NCBI RefSeq assembly: GCF_900232105.1 | Contig: NZ_LT934425.1 | Coordinates: 2,880,001 to 2,912,000 of the forward strand | DNA: 32,000 bases | From: Candidatus Kuenenia stuttgartensis | Lineage (GTDB): Bacteria > Planctomycetota > Brocadiia > Brocadiales > Brocadiaceae | Direction: 5' to 3' | Shown here: piece after piece, positions 17,102 through 25,898 of the stretch | Numbering within the stretch: position 1 is the stretch's first letter | Layout of the letters: the number at the start of each line of letters is the position of its first letter | Program-made: the position numbers and the translations under genes | The notes under the pieces: model-generated | What the model saw: only the letters and a program-made list of their open reading frames with translations | What the model was told of the DNA's origin: nothing | The model's database searches: none

Positions 17102-18292
17102 TTATTCTACCTTTTCTACTCCTAAAGCCTTCGCCATACCCAGCAACGCTCTGCCAACCAGAGAGCGTTTCATCTCTATTGCATGAAAATCGCATACCTC
17201 ATCACAGCAAAAACAACCAATACATTTCTTTTTGTCGACCTCTACTTTTCCCGTGTCTTTTGACATGGCGCCGGCAGGGCAATTTCTTACACACTCATAA
17301 CACCTTGTACAATTGGAATGGTTTACGGTGGAAAAAGTAGAACAGGTATTGTCAAACATCATCGCAAGAAGAAAATTGGGGAGATACTTTCCCGCAAAGT
17401 CCTGTGCACCGCTGGATGGTTTTTTAAAATCATGCACCGCTACATTTTGAATGGATTCTCCTGCTACAGTAATATTGCGCAATTCGCCAATGCCCAAACC
17501 GCGCTGATGTGCAAAACGGATAGTCGGTACGGCCATAGGTTCGAAACCAATGATGTTGCTGGCTACCGTATCCAGCGCGACGCTGTCCCTGCTGGAAATA
17601 ATTAAACCGACCTTTTTTGGGTTTCCCGCATTAGGGCCGTTTCCTTCCATGCCTACAATTGCATCCATTATGATGAGATGAGGCGGCGCCATTTGGTAAA
17701 TATCCACCAACGCCTTGGCAAAGACGGTTGGTTTCGGCGCTATTAAATGGACATTCTTTTTGCCATTGCCCGGTATCGAGCCGAGCATGTTTTTTATCGC
17801 TCCGGTATACTGCGTTAAACCGTGCGTTTTCAGTTTAGGAACGGAAACAATAAAATCTACCTCTCTCAACGTCCTGGCTATACGGAATTTGTCTAAGATT
17901 TCATAATCCTTGTTGTAAACATCGATGTATTTGTCTTTATCAAAATTTACAATCTTTGCGCCGGTATTTTCCGCAATTTCGTTGATACGGGTAACCCGGA
18001 AGGCGTTGAACGTGGAACTGTTTTTTACGCTTCCTGATGAATCCCCAATATATACCTCGCACCCAAAATCTTTCTGAAATATATCCACCAGCGCCCTGAC
18101 AACTGCAGGGTGGGTATTTACCGCTCTTTCCGGGGTTTGTGATGATGAAAGAAGGTTAAGTTTTAACAGTACCTTTTTTCCTGGTCGTACAAGCATTTCA
18201 GTGCCATTAAGCAAGCTTAGAGACCGATGTATCGCATGGTAAACCTTTTCCAGGGTATAATCGTCACATTTTGCAATTGATACTATAGACAT
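17102..18292 (-). CDS. DUF362 domain protein with C-terminal 2x[4Fe-4S] ferredoxin domain
   Basis: VLLKLNLLSSQTPERAVNTHPAVVRALVDIF...SVPKLKTHGLTQYTGAIKNMLG; CTRCYECVRNCP and CIGCFCCDEVCDFHAI. Confidence 0.92.
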   Translation of the reverse strand: MSIVSIAKCDDYTLEKVYHAIHRSLSLLNGTEMLVRPGKKVLLKLNLLSSSQTPERAVNTHPAVVRALVDIFQKDFGCEVYIGDSSGSVKNSSTFNAFRVTRINEIAENTGAKIVNFDKDKYIDVYNKDYEILDKFRIARTLREVDFIVSVPKLKTHGLTQYTGAIKNMLGSIPGNGKKNVHLIAPKPTVFAKALVDIYQMAPPHLIIMDAIVGMEGNGPNAGNPKKVGLIISSRDSVALDTVASNIIGFEPMAVPTIRFAHQRGLGIGELRNITVAGESIQNVAVHDFKKPSSGAQDFAGKYLPNFLLAMMFDNTCSTFSTVNHSNCTRCYECVRNCPAGAMSKDTGKVEVDKKKCIGCFCCDEVCDFHAIEMKRSLVGRALLGMAKALGVEKVE

Positions 18293-18403
18293 GGGTAAAC
18301 CTCGTAAAATGTTTCTTGTATCTACGTTACAAAAGAAGTCTTTGCTGGGTAATACTATACCACAGCATATATCATGATAGTAGTAAAAATGAGCAGATGG
18401 GTA

Positions 18404-19219
18404 CTAAAATTTAAGAGGCACGGGGGTAAAAGACAGGAGAAAAATAATGAAAAGGGCAATGCCAAGCATCTTTCTCCTGGGATCGAGAGGCGTATATTCA
18501 TCTGCGGGCGAGGGATGTCGAAATCCAAAAATCAGAAGGAGTATGGCAAATAAAATCCAGCCCTTATAAAAAAAAACGGTGATTACGCAAAAAATAAATA
18601 TACCTATACGATAAACGATGTCACTCTTTTTCCCCAGCAGTGCGTACATAATATGTCCTCCGTCAAGCTGCCCGATTGGCAAAAGATTAAGCGCAGTGAC
18701 GAATAATCCGGCCCAGCCTGCAAATGCAAGAGGATGAAGATAAATATCCATTCCTTCCGGCAGCGTTCCAAATAGAAGCTTTGCGATAAATGAAAAGAGT
18801 ACCGGTTCCCCAAGTCCCAGGTAATTTGATGAATCGGCTGGCACAGGTCGTACGTCTGAAAGGATAAGGCCTACTACAATGGCGGGAATGGCAAATACCA
18901 GGCCCATAAGCGGACCTGCCGCGCCAATATCAAACAATGCCCGCTTGTGGGGGATGTGCCCTTTCATTTTTATGACTGCTCCAAATGTACCAAAAGGTGG
19001 CAGTGGGAGGGGTAGAAAATAGGGCAAGGTGGCGTCTACATGGTATTTTCTGCACATAAAAAAATGTCCTAATTCATGAGAAAGCAGGATTGACATAATA
19101 GCTAGTGAATACCATATTCCATTAACGTAATACGTTGTCAGAAAAGTGGCAATAAAAAGCAATACATGGATTCGCACCTTTTTGAAAAAAGGTGGAGATT
19201 TCTGGTCTTCTCTTGTCAT
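18404..19219 (-). CDS. M50-family (site-2 protease type) membrane metalloprotease
   Basis: HELGH active site, NLLPIGQLDGGH motif, multiple TM segments. Confidence 0.93.
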   Translation of the reverse strand: MTREDQKSPPFFKKVRIHVLLFIATFLTTYYVNGIWYSLAIMSILLSHELGHFFMCRKYHVDATLPYFLPLPLPPFGTFGAVIKMKGHIPHKRALFDIGAAGPLMGLVFAIPAIVVGLILSDVRPVPADSSNYLGLGEPVLFSFIAKLLFGTLPEGMDIYLHPLAFAGWAGLFVTALNLLPIGQLDGGHIMYALLGKKSDIVYRIGIFIFCVITVFFYKGWILFAILLLIFGFRHPSPADEYTPLDPRRKMLGIALFIIFLLSFTPVPLKF

Positions 19220-19423
19220 TTACCTTTATTTTCCTCTTTCTCAATGTTTTTTTAAATTGTTGCCCGGTAAAAAACCCCTCTTTTTTGTAAGCAATTCTCT
19301 GTTTTCTTCATGTGTTCTTTTTTACATTAACATGTTAAATAAGTTTTGTAAATTATATTAAACGTTAATATTGACATTGCCTCTGGAATCGTGATACTAT
19401 TTTCCGATTAGTAACATCGTTTA

Positions 19424-19888
19424 ATGTCAAAAAACCAGAGCGTTACGCATAATTTTATATTGAGGCGCATGATGTCTTTTTTGGTTAGATTCGGGGTTTC
19501 TCTGGAAAAGGAACTCCTTAAGAAATTTGATACCCACATAAAGAAGAAAAAATATACCAACCGTTCGGAGGCAATACGTGATCTGATACGCGGTAATTTG
19601 GTGATGGAAGAATGGCAGGAAGGCAAGGAGATTACCGGTTCTATCACACTTGTTTACGATCATCATAAAAGGGAACTGGTAAACATGCTCATTGATATCC
19701 AGCACGACTATCATGGTATTATCCTTTCTTCCCAGCATATCCATCTAGATCATGATAATTGTCTTGAAATCATTGTTATAAAAGGCAAGCCGCAAATGGT
19801 AGAGGAATTATACGGAAAACTGAAATCGGCAAAAGGTGTTAAACACGGGGGCATATCCATGGCAACTACGGGAAAGGGGATTTTGTAA
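19424..19888 (+). CDS. nikR: Nickel-responsive transcriptional regulator NikR (true start likely 19469 or 19472)
   Basis: RFGVSLEKELLKKFDTHIKKKKYTNRSEAIRDLIRGNLV ribbon-helix-helix, GSITLVYDHHKRELVNMLIDIQHDYHGIILSSQHIHLDHDNCLEIIVIKG metal-binding ACT-like domain. Confidence 0.95.
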   Translation: MSKNQSVTHNFILRRMMSFLVRFGVSLEKELLKKFDTHIKKKKYTNRSEAIRDLIRGNLVMEEWQEGKEITGSITLVYDHHKRELVNMLIDIQHDYHGIILSSQHIHLDHDNCLEIIVIKGKPQMVEELYGKLKSAKGVKHGGISMATTGKGIL

Positions 19889-20021
19889 ATATGGCCTTTT
19901 CTAATCAAGCCCGGATTTCTGCACTATGCTTGCATAGCGGCAAACATGGATACAATGAGAACGGGTTTCCTTCTGCCATTGCAAAAAAACATCCCGGAAT
20001 ATTCGTGATATTATTTTTTTT

Positions 20022-20038
20022 GTGCTATGCAATAGCAC
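20022..20038. promoter_or_regulatory. Palindromic operator candidate upstream of cbiM
   Basis: GTGCTAT-GCA-ATAGCAC, 7-bp perfect arms, followed by GTATATTATAC at 20041-20051; in the nikR-cbiM gap. Confidence 0.45.
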
Positions 20039-20079
20039 GAGTATATTATACGTACTACTGGTAACCGGAGGAGACATTT

Positions 20080-20685
20080 TTGCATATTAGCGACGGAGTA
20101 CTTTCTCCCTACATTGTCATTACCGGATGGGCTGTTGCAGCCCCTTCGTTAGCGATGTCGGTAAAAAGCCTGAAACCTGACAAAGTCGGTGCATACGGAG
20201 TAATTGCCGCTGTTTTTTTTGCAGGTTCGACAATCCACATACCCCTTGGACCTTTCAGCATGCATCTTGTCCTCAATGGTATTGCAGGACTTTTACTGGG
20301 ATGGAGCGCTGTAACCGTAATAACGGTAGGCCTTTTGCTGCAGGCTTTGTTCCTTGGTTTTGGAGGATTGACTGTGTTGGGGGTAAATATTGCTGTTATG
20401 GCGTTGCCTGGCGCGATTATCGGCATGCTTGGACGCCATTGGATGAAACAGTTTTCAGCGAAAAAACGGCCATGGATAGGATCGTTCGCGGGTGGCGGTG
20501 CTGTATGTATTTCGTCCGTTTTACTCTTTGTTGCGCTTTCTACAACCCATGCGGCGCTGGCGCCCCTTGCCAAACTGGTTTTTTGGGGACATGTTCCTGT
20601 CATACTTGTTGAAGGCGTTATCAGTTATTGGCTGGTACACTTTTTGCAAAAAGCAAAACCTTCGTTATTAGGAATTTTACATTGA
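20080..20685 (+). CDS. cbiM: Energy-coupling factor / Co-Ni ABC transporter permease CbiM (TTG start)
   Basis: MHISDGVLSPYIVITGWAVA...IPLGPFSMHLVLNGIAGLLLGWSA; GGAGG RBS upstream. Confidence 0.93.
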   Translation: MHISDGVLSPYIVITGWAVAAPSLAMSVKSLKPDKVGAYGVIAAVFFAGSTIHIPLGPFSMHLVLNGIAGLLLGWSAVTVITVGLLLQALFLGFGGLTVLGVNIAVMALPGAIIGMLGRHWMKQFSAKKRPWIGSFAGGGAVCISSVLLFVALSTTHAALAPLAKLVFWGHVPVILVEGVISYWLVHFLQKAKPSLLGILH

Positions 20686-21099
20686 AAGCTTTCTTATTCG
20701 TTTTTTTTTGTATCTTTTTTTCGGTGCCTTTAGCGGTATATGCACACGGACTTTCTCTTTTTTCTAAGGAGAAAACATTGTATGCATCTTACAGCGATCA
20801 TACACCTGCCTCAGGAGCAAAGGTTGTTCTTGTGGATGCAAATGGCGTAATAATTCTTCAGGATAAAATGGATGAAAAGGGGATAGTGGAAGTTGCCGGA
20901 GAATTTGGAGACAATACCTCACTTAATCATTGTAGATGATTCCGGAGGTCATCGTGCAATGATAACATGGGAGGAATTTCTTAAAGAACGCCCAAAGGGG
21001 TTGTTAGACATTTTAAGTATCCGCGTGGTAATTGGAGTCATGTTCATTATCGGCGGCGGTTATGCCATACAACGGTTTTTATTAAAAAAAAAGACATAA
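20682..21099 (+). pseudogene. CbiN-like small component (signal peptide, periplasmic domain, C-terminal TM), frameshifted in this copy
   Basis: LKAFLFVFFCIFFSVPLAVYAHGLSLF...DEKGIVEVAGEFGDNTSLNHCR* in one frame; IIVDDSGGHRAMITWEEFLKERPKGLLDILSIRVVIGVMFIIGGGYAIQRFL in another. Confidence 0.65.
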
Positions 21100-21818
21100 T
21101 GCCATTTTGCAAACTACAAAAATTGAAATTGCCGCCGGCTTCTACCCGCACAGGAACGATACTGGTTTTGCTTGTACTGGTGGGTATAGGTTTGCTGAAT
21201 AATTTTGGGCCTCTTGTTGTTTGCCTGTTTATGGTGTTATTGTTTGGTGTATTCACAGTTGGAAACATATTCATTGTTGTATGCCATGCAAAAGGAGTCT
21301 GGGTTTTTTCCCTTCTCACCGGTGTAAGCCTTTTGCTAACAAAAGAGGGCAGAGCGCTTGCCCCAATCCTCATGGTCAAAATGTTTTCAATGTGGTTGTG
21401 GAGTGTAATCTGGATTAAATGGGTGGGATTTGAACGTATTTTGTCAACCTTAGAGAAAATGGGAATACCGGCAATTTTGTTAAATGTCATTGCATTTACC
21501 ACGCGTTTTTTACCTATTATGGGGGAACGGATAAAAATGACGTTTGCCGCACAGTCTTCACGCGGTGCAAAAAAGGGGTTGCGTTCCCTGCAATTACGAA
21601 ACCTTGCCGGGGGGATTGGCAGTGTGCTTTTGTCTAGTTTTGAGCAATCTGAAAATGTTGAACGTGCAATGCAATCACGCGGATTTTGCGGAACATATAC
21701 TATCAGCACAGACAAAGACGAAGCGCCCTCGTATGTTGTTTTGTCTCTGATGTTTTTAATGGCTTTTTTAATTTGGACCGGAGTGATTTGCGATGTCCTG
21801 TGTGGTAAGTGTTTATAA
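21099..21818 (+). CDS. cbiQ: Energy-coupling factor transporter transmembrane protein CbiQ/EcfT
   Basis: Multiple TM segments, C-terminal SSFEQSENVERAMQSRGFCGTY signature. Confidence 0.9.
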   Translation: MPFCKLQKLKLPPASTRTGTILVLLVLVGIGLLNNFGPLVVCLFMVLLFGVFTVGNIFIVVCHAKGVWVFSLLTGVSLLLTKEGRALAPILMVKMFSMWLWSVIWIKWVGFERILSTLEKMGIPAILLNVIAFTTRFLPIMGERIKMTFAAQSSRGAKKGLRSLQLRNLAGGIGSVLLSSFEQSENVERAMQSRGFCGTYTISTDKDEAPSYVVLSLMFLMAFLIWTGVICDVLCGKCL

Positions 21819-22521
21819 CGTTACGTTTCTTTATCCGAATGGTGTGCAGGCGATATCAGGATTATCATTTTCCGTTCACCAACATGAAAAGGTGGGTCTG
21901 ATCGGGCCTAGTGGCGCTGGCAAAACAACCCTTTTTTGGCACTTAAACGGGCTTTTAAGACCACATTCGGGAGAAGTTCGTGTTTTGGACAAACCGCTTA
22001 CCGGACTCAAAAATATTAATGAAGTTCGGAAGCATGTCGCCCTTACTTTTCAGCAGGTAAACGATCAGCTTTTTTGTTCTTCCGTCTGGGAGGAAATTGC
22101 ATTTGGACCGAAAAATTTGTATTGGCCAAAGCAGCAGGTGGCAGACACGGTGGAAAAGTGGCTGGCGTATTTTGAATTAAATGATGTTCGGGAACGGCCG
22201 CCGCATCATTTATCGGGAGGGCAGAAGCGCAGGGTTGCACTGGCGGCAGCTATGGCGATGGAACCCGATTTGTTAATCCTCGATGAACCAGCAAACGACC
22301 TGGACCACCGTCATAGACGTAAATTAATAACCTATCTGAAAGGATTAAGAATTGCTCTTCTGGTGGCCTCACATGATTTACGCCTGATAGAGGAATTGAC
22401 CGAACGGTGCATTCTTATGGATAAAGGCAGGATTGTTGCAGACAAAACTACCGTTGAGTTGGTACATAATGAAGGTATTTTAAAAAAGTACGGGATGGAG
22501 GCAATACCGATAAAAGAATAA
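21793..22521 (+). CDS. cbiO: ABC transporter ATP-binding protein CbiO
   Basis: Walker A GPSGAGKTT, signature LSGGQKRR, Walker B LLILDEPAND; overlaps the end of cbiQ. Confidence 0.95.
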   Translation: MSCVVSVYNVTFLYPNGVQAISGLSFSVHQHEKVGLIGPSGAGKTTLFWHLNGLLRPHSGEVRVLDKPLTGLKNINEVRKHVALTFQQVNDQLFCSSVWEEIAFGPKNLYWPKQQVADTVEKWLAYFELNDVRERPPHHLSGGQKRRVALAAAMAMEPDLLILDEPANDLDHRHRRKLITYLKGLRIALLVASHDLRLIEELTERCILMDKGRIVADKTTVELVHNEGILKKYGMEAIPIKE

Positions 22522-22601
22522 ATATTTTTTTAATTATGGTGGCACGATAGTAATAAGTGTGCTATTTAATTCCCTTTATTTTGTTAAAAGGAGTTCTTGT
22601 G

Positions 22602-23609
22602 ATGAACAATCGTTTTTTTTACAGTTTTATTCTTATACTTTTTTTCTGTTGCGCAAGTAACGCTGGAAAAGTGTATGCCCATCATGGAGGCGTTTCTACC
22701 GCCTTTGGCCCTGGCGCACCTGTTGAAACTGCATCGCCTATGACTCTCGGGAAAGGGAAATTTTTGCTTTACGAAAAAATAGAATTTGCGTCTTTTGAAC
22801 AAAAGAACCATGCTGACCCTGAAAACATTGAAAACTTTACCTTCTTTAACACATTAGCCGGCTATGGCATTACTGACTATTTATCCCTCTATCTTGTGAT
22901 GCCTTATGCTATTAAAGAACAAGACTCCTTAGGCACATCGAAGGGGTTTGGTGATGCTGGATTTTTAGTACAATACGGTTTTAAGTACGGCGAGAGAAAC
23001 GGGATTCGGGGTTTTTATAATAACGGCCCGGAAGATACTATTGGAGAAAGTTACACGACTAATGATCTGAAAATGTCGGTTTTAGGGGGTTTTACTGTTC
23101 AGACCGGTGATATTACAAACGAAGATAATAATGGCAACAGGTTTGACATGGGCATGCAGACAGGTTTTGCCGCGCCAACGTTTATGACAGGTTTCTCCGC
23201 ATCAAAAATGCTTTTTCAGCACTTTACTCTTACCGGGGAGACATCATTTACCACCTTTACCCGTCATGATGACGGTAAACCTGGAAATGAGATCCGTTTC
23301 AATCTGGCCGGAGGGTATGAAATATTTGAAAATCCTCAGGGATTTTTCCAAAGGGTAGATATTATTACTGAATCAAACTTCCTCCATCTGACAAAAGATG
23401 AAGACGAACACCATCACGATGAAGATGACAGCGGGGGAACGATTCTGTATCTTTCACCTGGCTTTCGCGTTTCTCTTAAGAAAAATATCAGTATCGGAGG
23501 GCTTCTGAAATTTCCCGTATGGAAGGATTTGAACAGGGAATCGGAGCAACAGGGCGCTGAAGGACTTGAACACTATAGGGCAATTCTCACCGTGACATAT
23601 TCTTTTTAA
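22602..23609 (+). CDS. Putative outer-membrane beta-barrel protein with His/Asp-rich loop
   Basis: Signal peptide; MNNRFFYSFILILFFCCASNAGKVYAHHGG; TKDEDEHHHDEDDSGGT; terminal YRAILTVTYSF ending in aromatic F. Confidence 0.75.
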   Translation: MNNRFFYSFILILFFCCASNAGKVYAHHGGVSTAFGPGAPVETASPMTLGKGKFLLYEKIEFASFEQKNHADPENIENFTFFNTLAGYGITDYLSLYLVMPYAIKEQDSLGTSKGFGDAGFLVQYGFKYGERNGIRGFYNNGPEDTIGESYTTNDLKMSVLGGFTVQTGDITNEDNNGNRFDMGMQTGFAAPTFMTGFSASKMLFQHFTLTGETSFTTFTRHDDGKPGNEIRFNLAGGYEIFENPQGFFQRVDIITESNFLHLTKDEDEHHHDEDDSGGTILYLSPGFRVSLKKNISIGGLLKFPVWKDLNRESEQQGAEGLEHYRAILTVTYSF

Positions 23610-23679
23610 GGACGCCAACCCTGGCAGGGTTTTCTGGTCAATAATACCTTAAACCATTTATAGAGAAGGAGGAAAAATT

Positions 23680-24249
23680 ATGCTAAAAACACGAATATGG
23701 AAAAAGCAGATGATTGCAATACTTTTTTGGGCTTGTTGTACATTTCTGTCTCATCAAAAATGCATATTTGCACATGAAGGCCATGACCACTGGAGTAATA
23801 CCCCTATAACCATTAAAAGATCGACAGTAGTGCATTTGCAGTCGCTATTGGAATCATATGATCTTCTCTACAAAAAACTTATAGAGAAAGATATCCAAAA
23901 TATTCCTGTATTGGCGCAAAATATTATGGATGCTGCGCAACAGGGTGTTCAAACTGAAAATAAAGGTGAGGGGCGTTATATGATGGAACATATTTTTCAG
24001 CATGCGATATCTCTTAAAGAATGTGAAACCCTGGAAAATGCAAAAGAATCTTTAGGGTTAATAAGCCGTGAACTGTTTCCGTTCTTTATTGCATGGCCAA
24101 TGCAGCTTAAAGAAAACAAGTTAAGGCTTTATCATTGTAAAAATGATGAAAAATACTGGTTTCAGGCAGAAAATAGCGCTCCAAATTGCCCTTATGCTCA
24201 CGATGAATTATCAACATGCATTATTATTGAGGAAGTAGCGTATAAATGA
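23680..24249 (+). CDS. Small periplasmic protein, possibly metal-related (AHEGHDHW N-terminus)
   Basis: Signal peptide then HEGHDHW; central helical domain; LYHCKNDEKYWFQAENSAPNCPYAHDEL near the C-terminus resembles the tail of DUF3347/CusB-associated proteins. Confidence 0.6.
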   Translation: MLKTRIWKKQMIAILFWACCTFLSHQKCIFAHEGHDHWSNTPITIKRSTVVHLQSLLESYDLLYKKLIEKDIQNIPVLAQNIMDAAQQGVQTENKGEGRYMMEHIFQHAISLKECETLENAKESLGLISRELFPFFIAWPMQLKENKLRLYHCKNDEKYWFQAENSAPNCPYAHDELSTCIIIEEVAYK

Positions 24250-24686
24250 ATTGAACGACCATCTTTGCTTTAGAAAAACATGACAGTCTTATGACACCGT
24301 GTGCCCATAATTGGTCACTGTTTATATCAAGCCTTGCAGGATAGATGCGACTTTGTGTCTTAAGAAAAAAAACCGATGCGTGACCATTTATAGTCTTTCT
24401 GCGTTCTCATGTACTAATTGCATCTTTTTTGTGCTGTAATCGTAACATATTTAACAGTAGTAGCTTGTGCTTTCTTTGGTTGTGGTGGTCGTGTTGTTTT
24501 TTTCGAAATGGCGCACTTCTTGCTAAGTGTTGTTACATACAAAGTGTTTTGTTGTGTATTATTTTGCGCAGAATTTTTTACGGAAGGGGGGTGAATGTAC
24601 GGACGCATTTAAGTGTAAAAGCAGAAATTTTCGTGAGTTAGGATTGAGCAGATGTTATGAATTTTGAAGGAGGTAAGCGAAGAATT

Positions 24687-25820
24687 ATGATACGAAAGGG
24701 AATGATAGGAGCGGTGATGCTTGGAGCTGCGGTAGCGATAAGTGGCGGAGTAGCGACTGCGGGGTATATACAGGGTACGCATGTAAAGACGGATTTACCC
24801 GGGCCGTTTCACATAACGATGTCGCCGGATGGTAGTACGTTATTTATATCGAATCAATCTGGGCACAGTGTAACGTTTGTGGATGCAAGGACGCAGAAGG
24901 TAACGGGTGAGGTCGCTGTGAGGGTACAGCCTGAGGCTTCAGCGGTTACGCCTGACGGGGCATTTTTGTATGTATGTAATGCAGAGAGCGACAGTGTATC
25001 GGTAGTGGACATACAGAGGAAGCAGGAGATCAAGGAGATAAAGGTAGGTGACTGGCCGAGCGGGATCAAGATTTCGCCTGATGGCAAGACTGCCTATGTT
25101 GCATGTTCCGGTTGCATGTGGAACGCGATTGATGTAATTGATACGGGGAGGATGGAGAAGGTAAGGTCGATATATACTTCAGATTACGGTCCCAGGATGG
25201 TGGAGATATCTCCTGATGGGAAGACCCTTGTTGCGATACTTGACACGGTAGGATCGATCAACCGGAGCGTTGATTTTATTGACATTGCCAGTGGCAGGGT
25301 AGTAGAGAACAGGGTAATCCATGAGAGTTCCAACCTGAGGGATGTTGTATATACGCCGGATGGTAAATACATAGCTGTAACCCACCAGACGCCGAAGAAC
25401 TGGTTGCCGGTATGTGAAGCGGAGAATGGTCAGGTATTTACGAACAACGTAACAATCATAGAGACCAAGGCCGGTGGTAAGGTAGCGAGATTACCGTTGG
25501 ACGATCTCAACAATTACGATGGCAATCCGTATGGTATGGCGATGGACCCTAAGGGCAAGTATTTGTACATTGGGGTAAGAGGGATGCATCGTGTAACGAT
25601 ACTGGATATGGATAAGGTATTGGGTCTGGTGAGGAGCAGCACGCAGGAGGAGCTTGATTATCTGAGGGACGACCTTGGGTTGGTAAGAGATTATCTTGTT
25701 GCCAGGGTTCCTACGGGTCTGGGGCCAAGTTCGGTATGTTTATCACCTGACGGCAAATTTTGTTATGCGGCCAACTATTTTTCCAACAATGTAACCGTGA
25801 TAAGGACTGCGGTTGATTAA
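24687..25820 (+). CDS. YVTN-type beta-propeller protein with signal peptide
   Basis: Repeated SPDGSTLFISNQSGHSVTFVDARTQKVTGEV, TPDGAFLYVCNAESDSVSVVDIQRKQEI, SPDGKTAYVACSG blades; RBS AAGGAGG. Confidence 0.92.
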   Translation: MIRKGMIGAVMLGAAVAISGGVATAGYIQGTHVKTDLPGPFHITMSPDGSTLFISNQSGHSVTFVDARTQKVTGEVAVRVQPEASAVTPDGAFLYVCNAESDSVSVVDIQRKQEIKEIKVGDWPSGIKISPDGKTAYVACSGCMWNAIDVIDTGRMEKVRSIYTSDYGPRMVEISPDGKTLVAILDTVGSINRSVDFIDIASGRVVENRVIHESSNLRDVVYTPDGKYIAVTHQTPKNWLPVCEAENGQVFTNNVTIIETKAGGKVARLPLDDLNNYDGNPYGMAMDPKGKYLYIGVRGMHRVTILDMDKVLGLVRSSTQEELDYLRDDLGLVRDYLVARVPTGLGPSSVCLSPDGKFCYAANYFSNNVTVIRTAVD

Positions 25821-25898
25821 GGATTGTATGGAGTGTGAGAGTTATTTATTTTTGGAAAACAAATGGCAAGAGAAATGAGATTAGGAGGAAAAGAAAGA

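Noticed and set aside
20109-20603. Minus-strand 164-aa ORF opposite cbiM (and 27282-27776)
   Set aside because: Shadow ORF duplicated only because the region is duplicated; no signal or domain.
21047-21715. Minus-strand 222-aa ORF opposite cbiQ
   Set aside because: Shadow ORF, and not maintained in copy 2 after a single indel.
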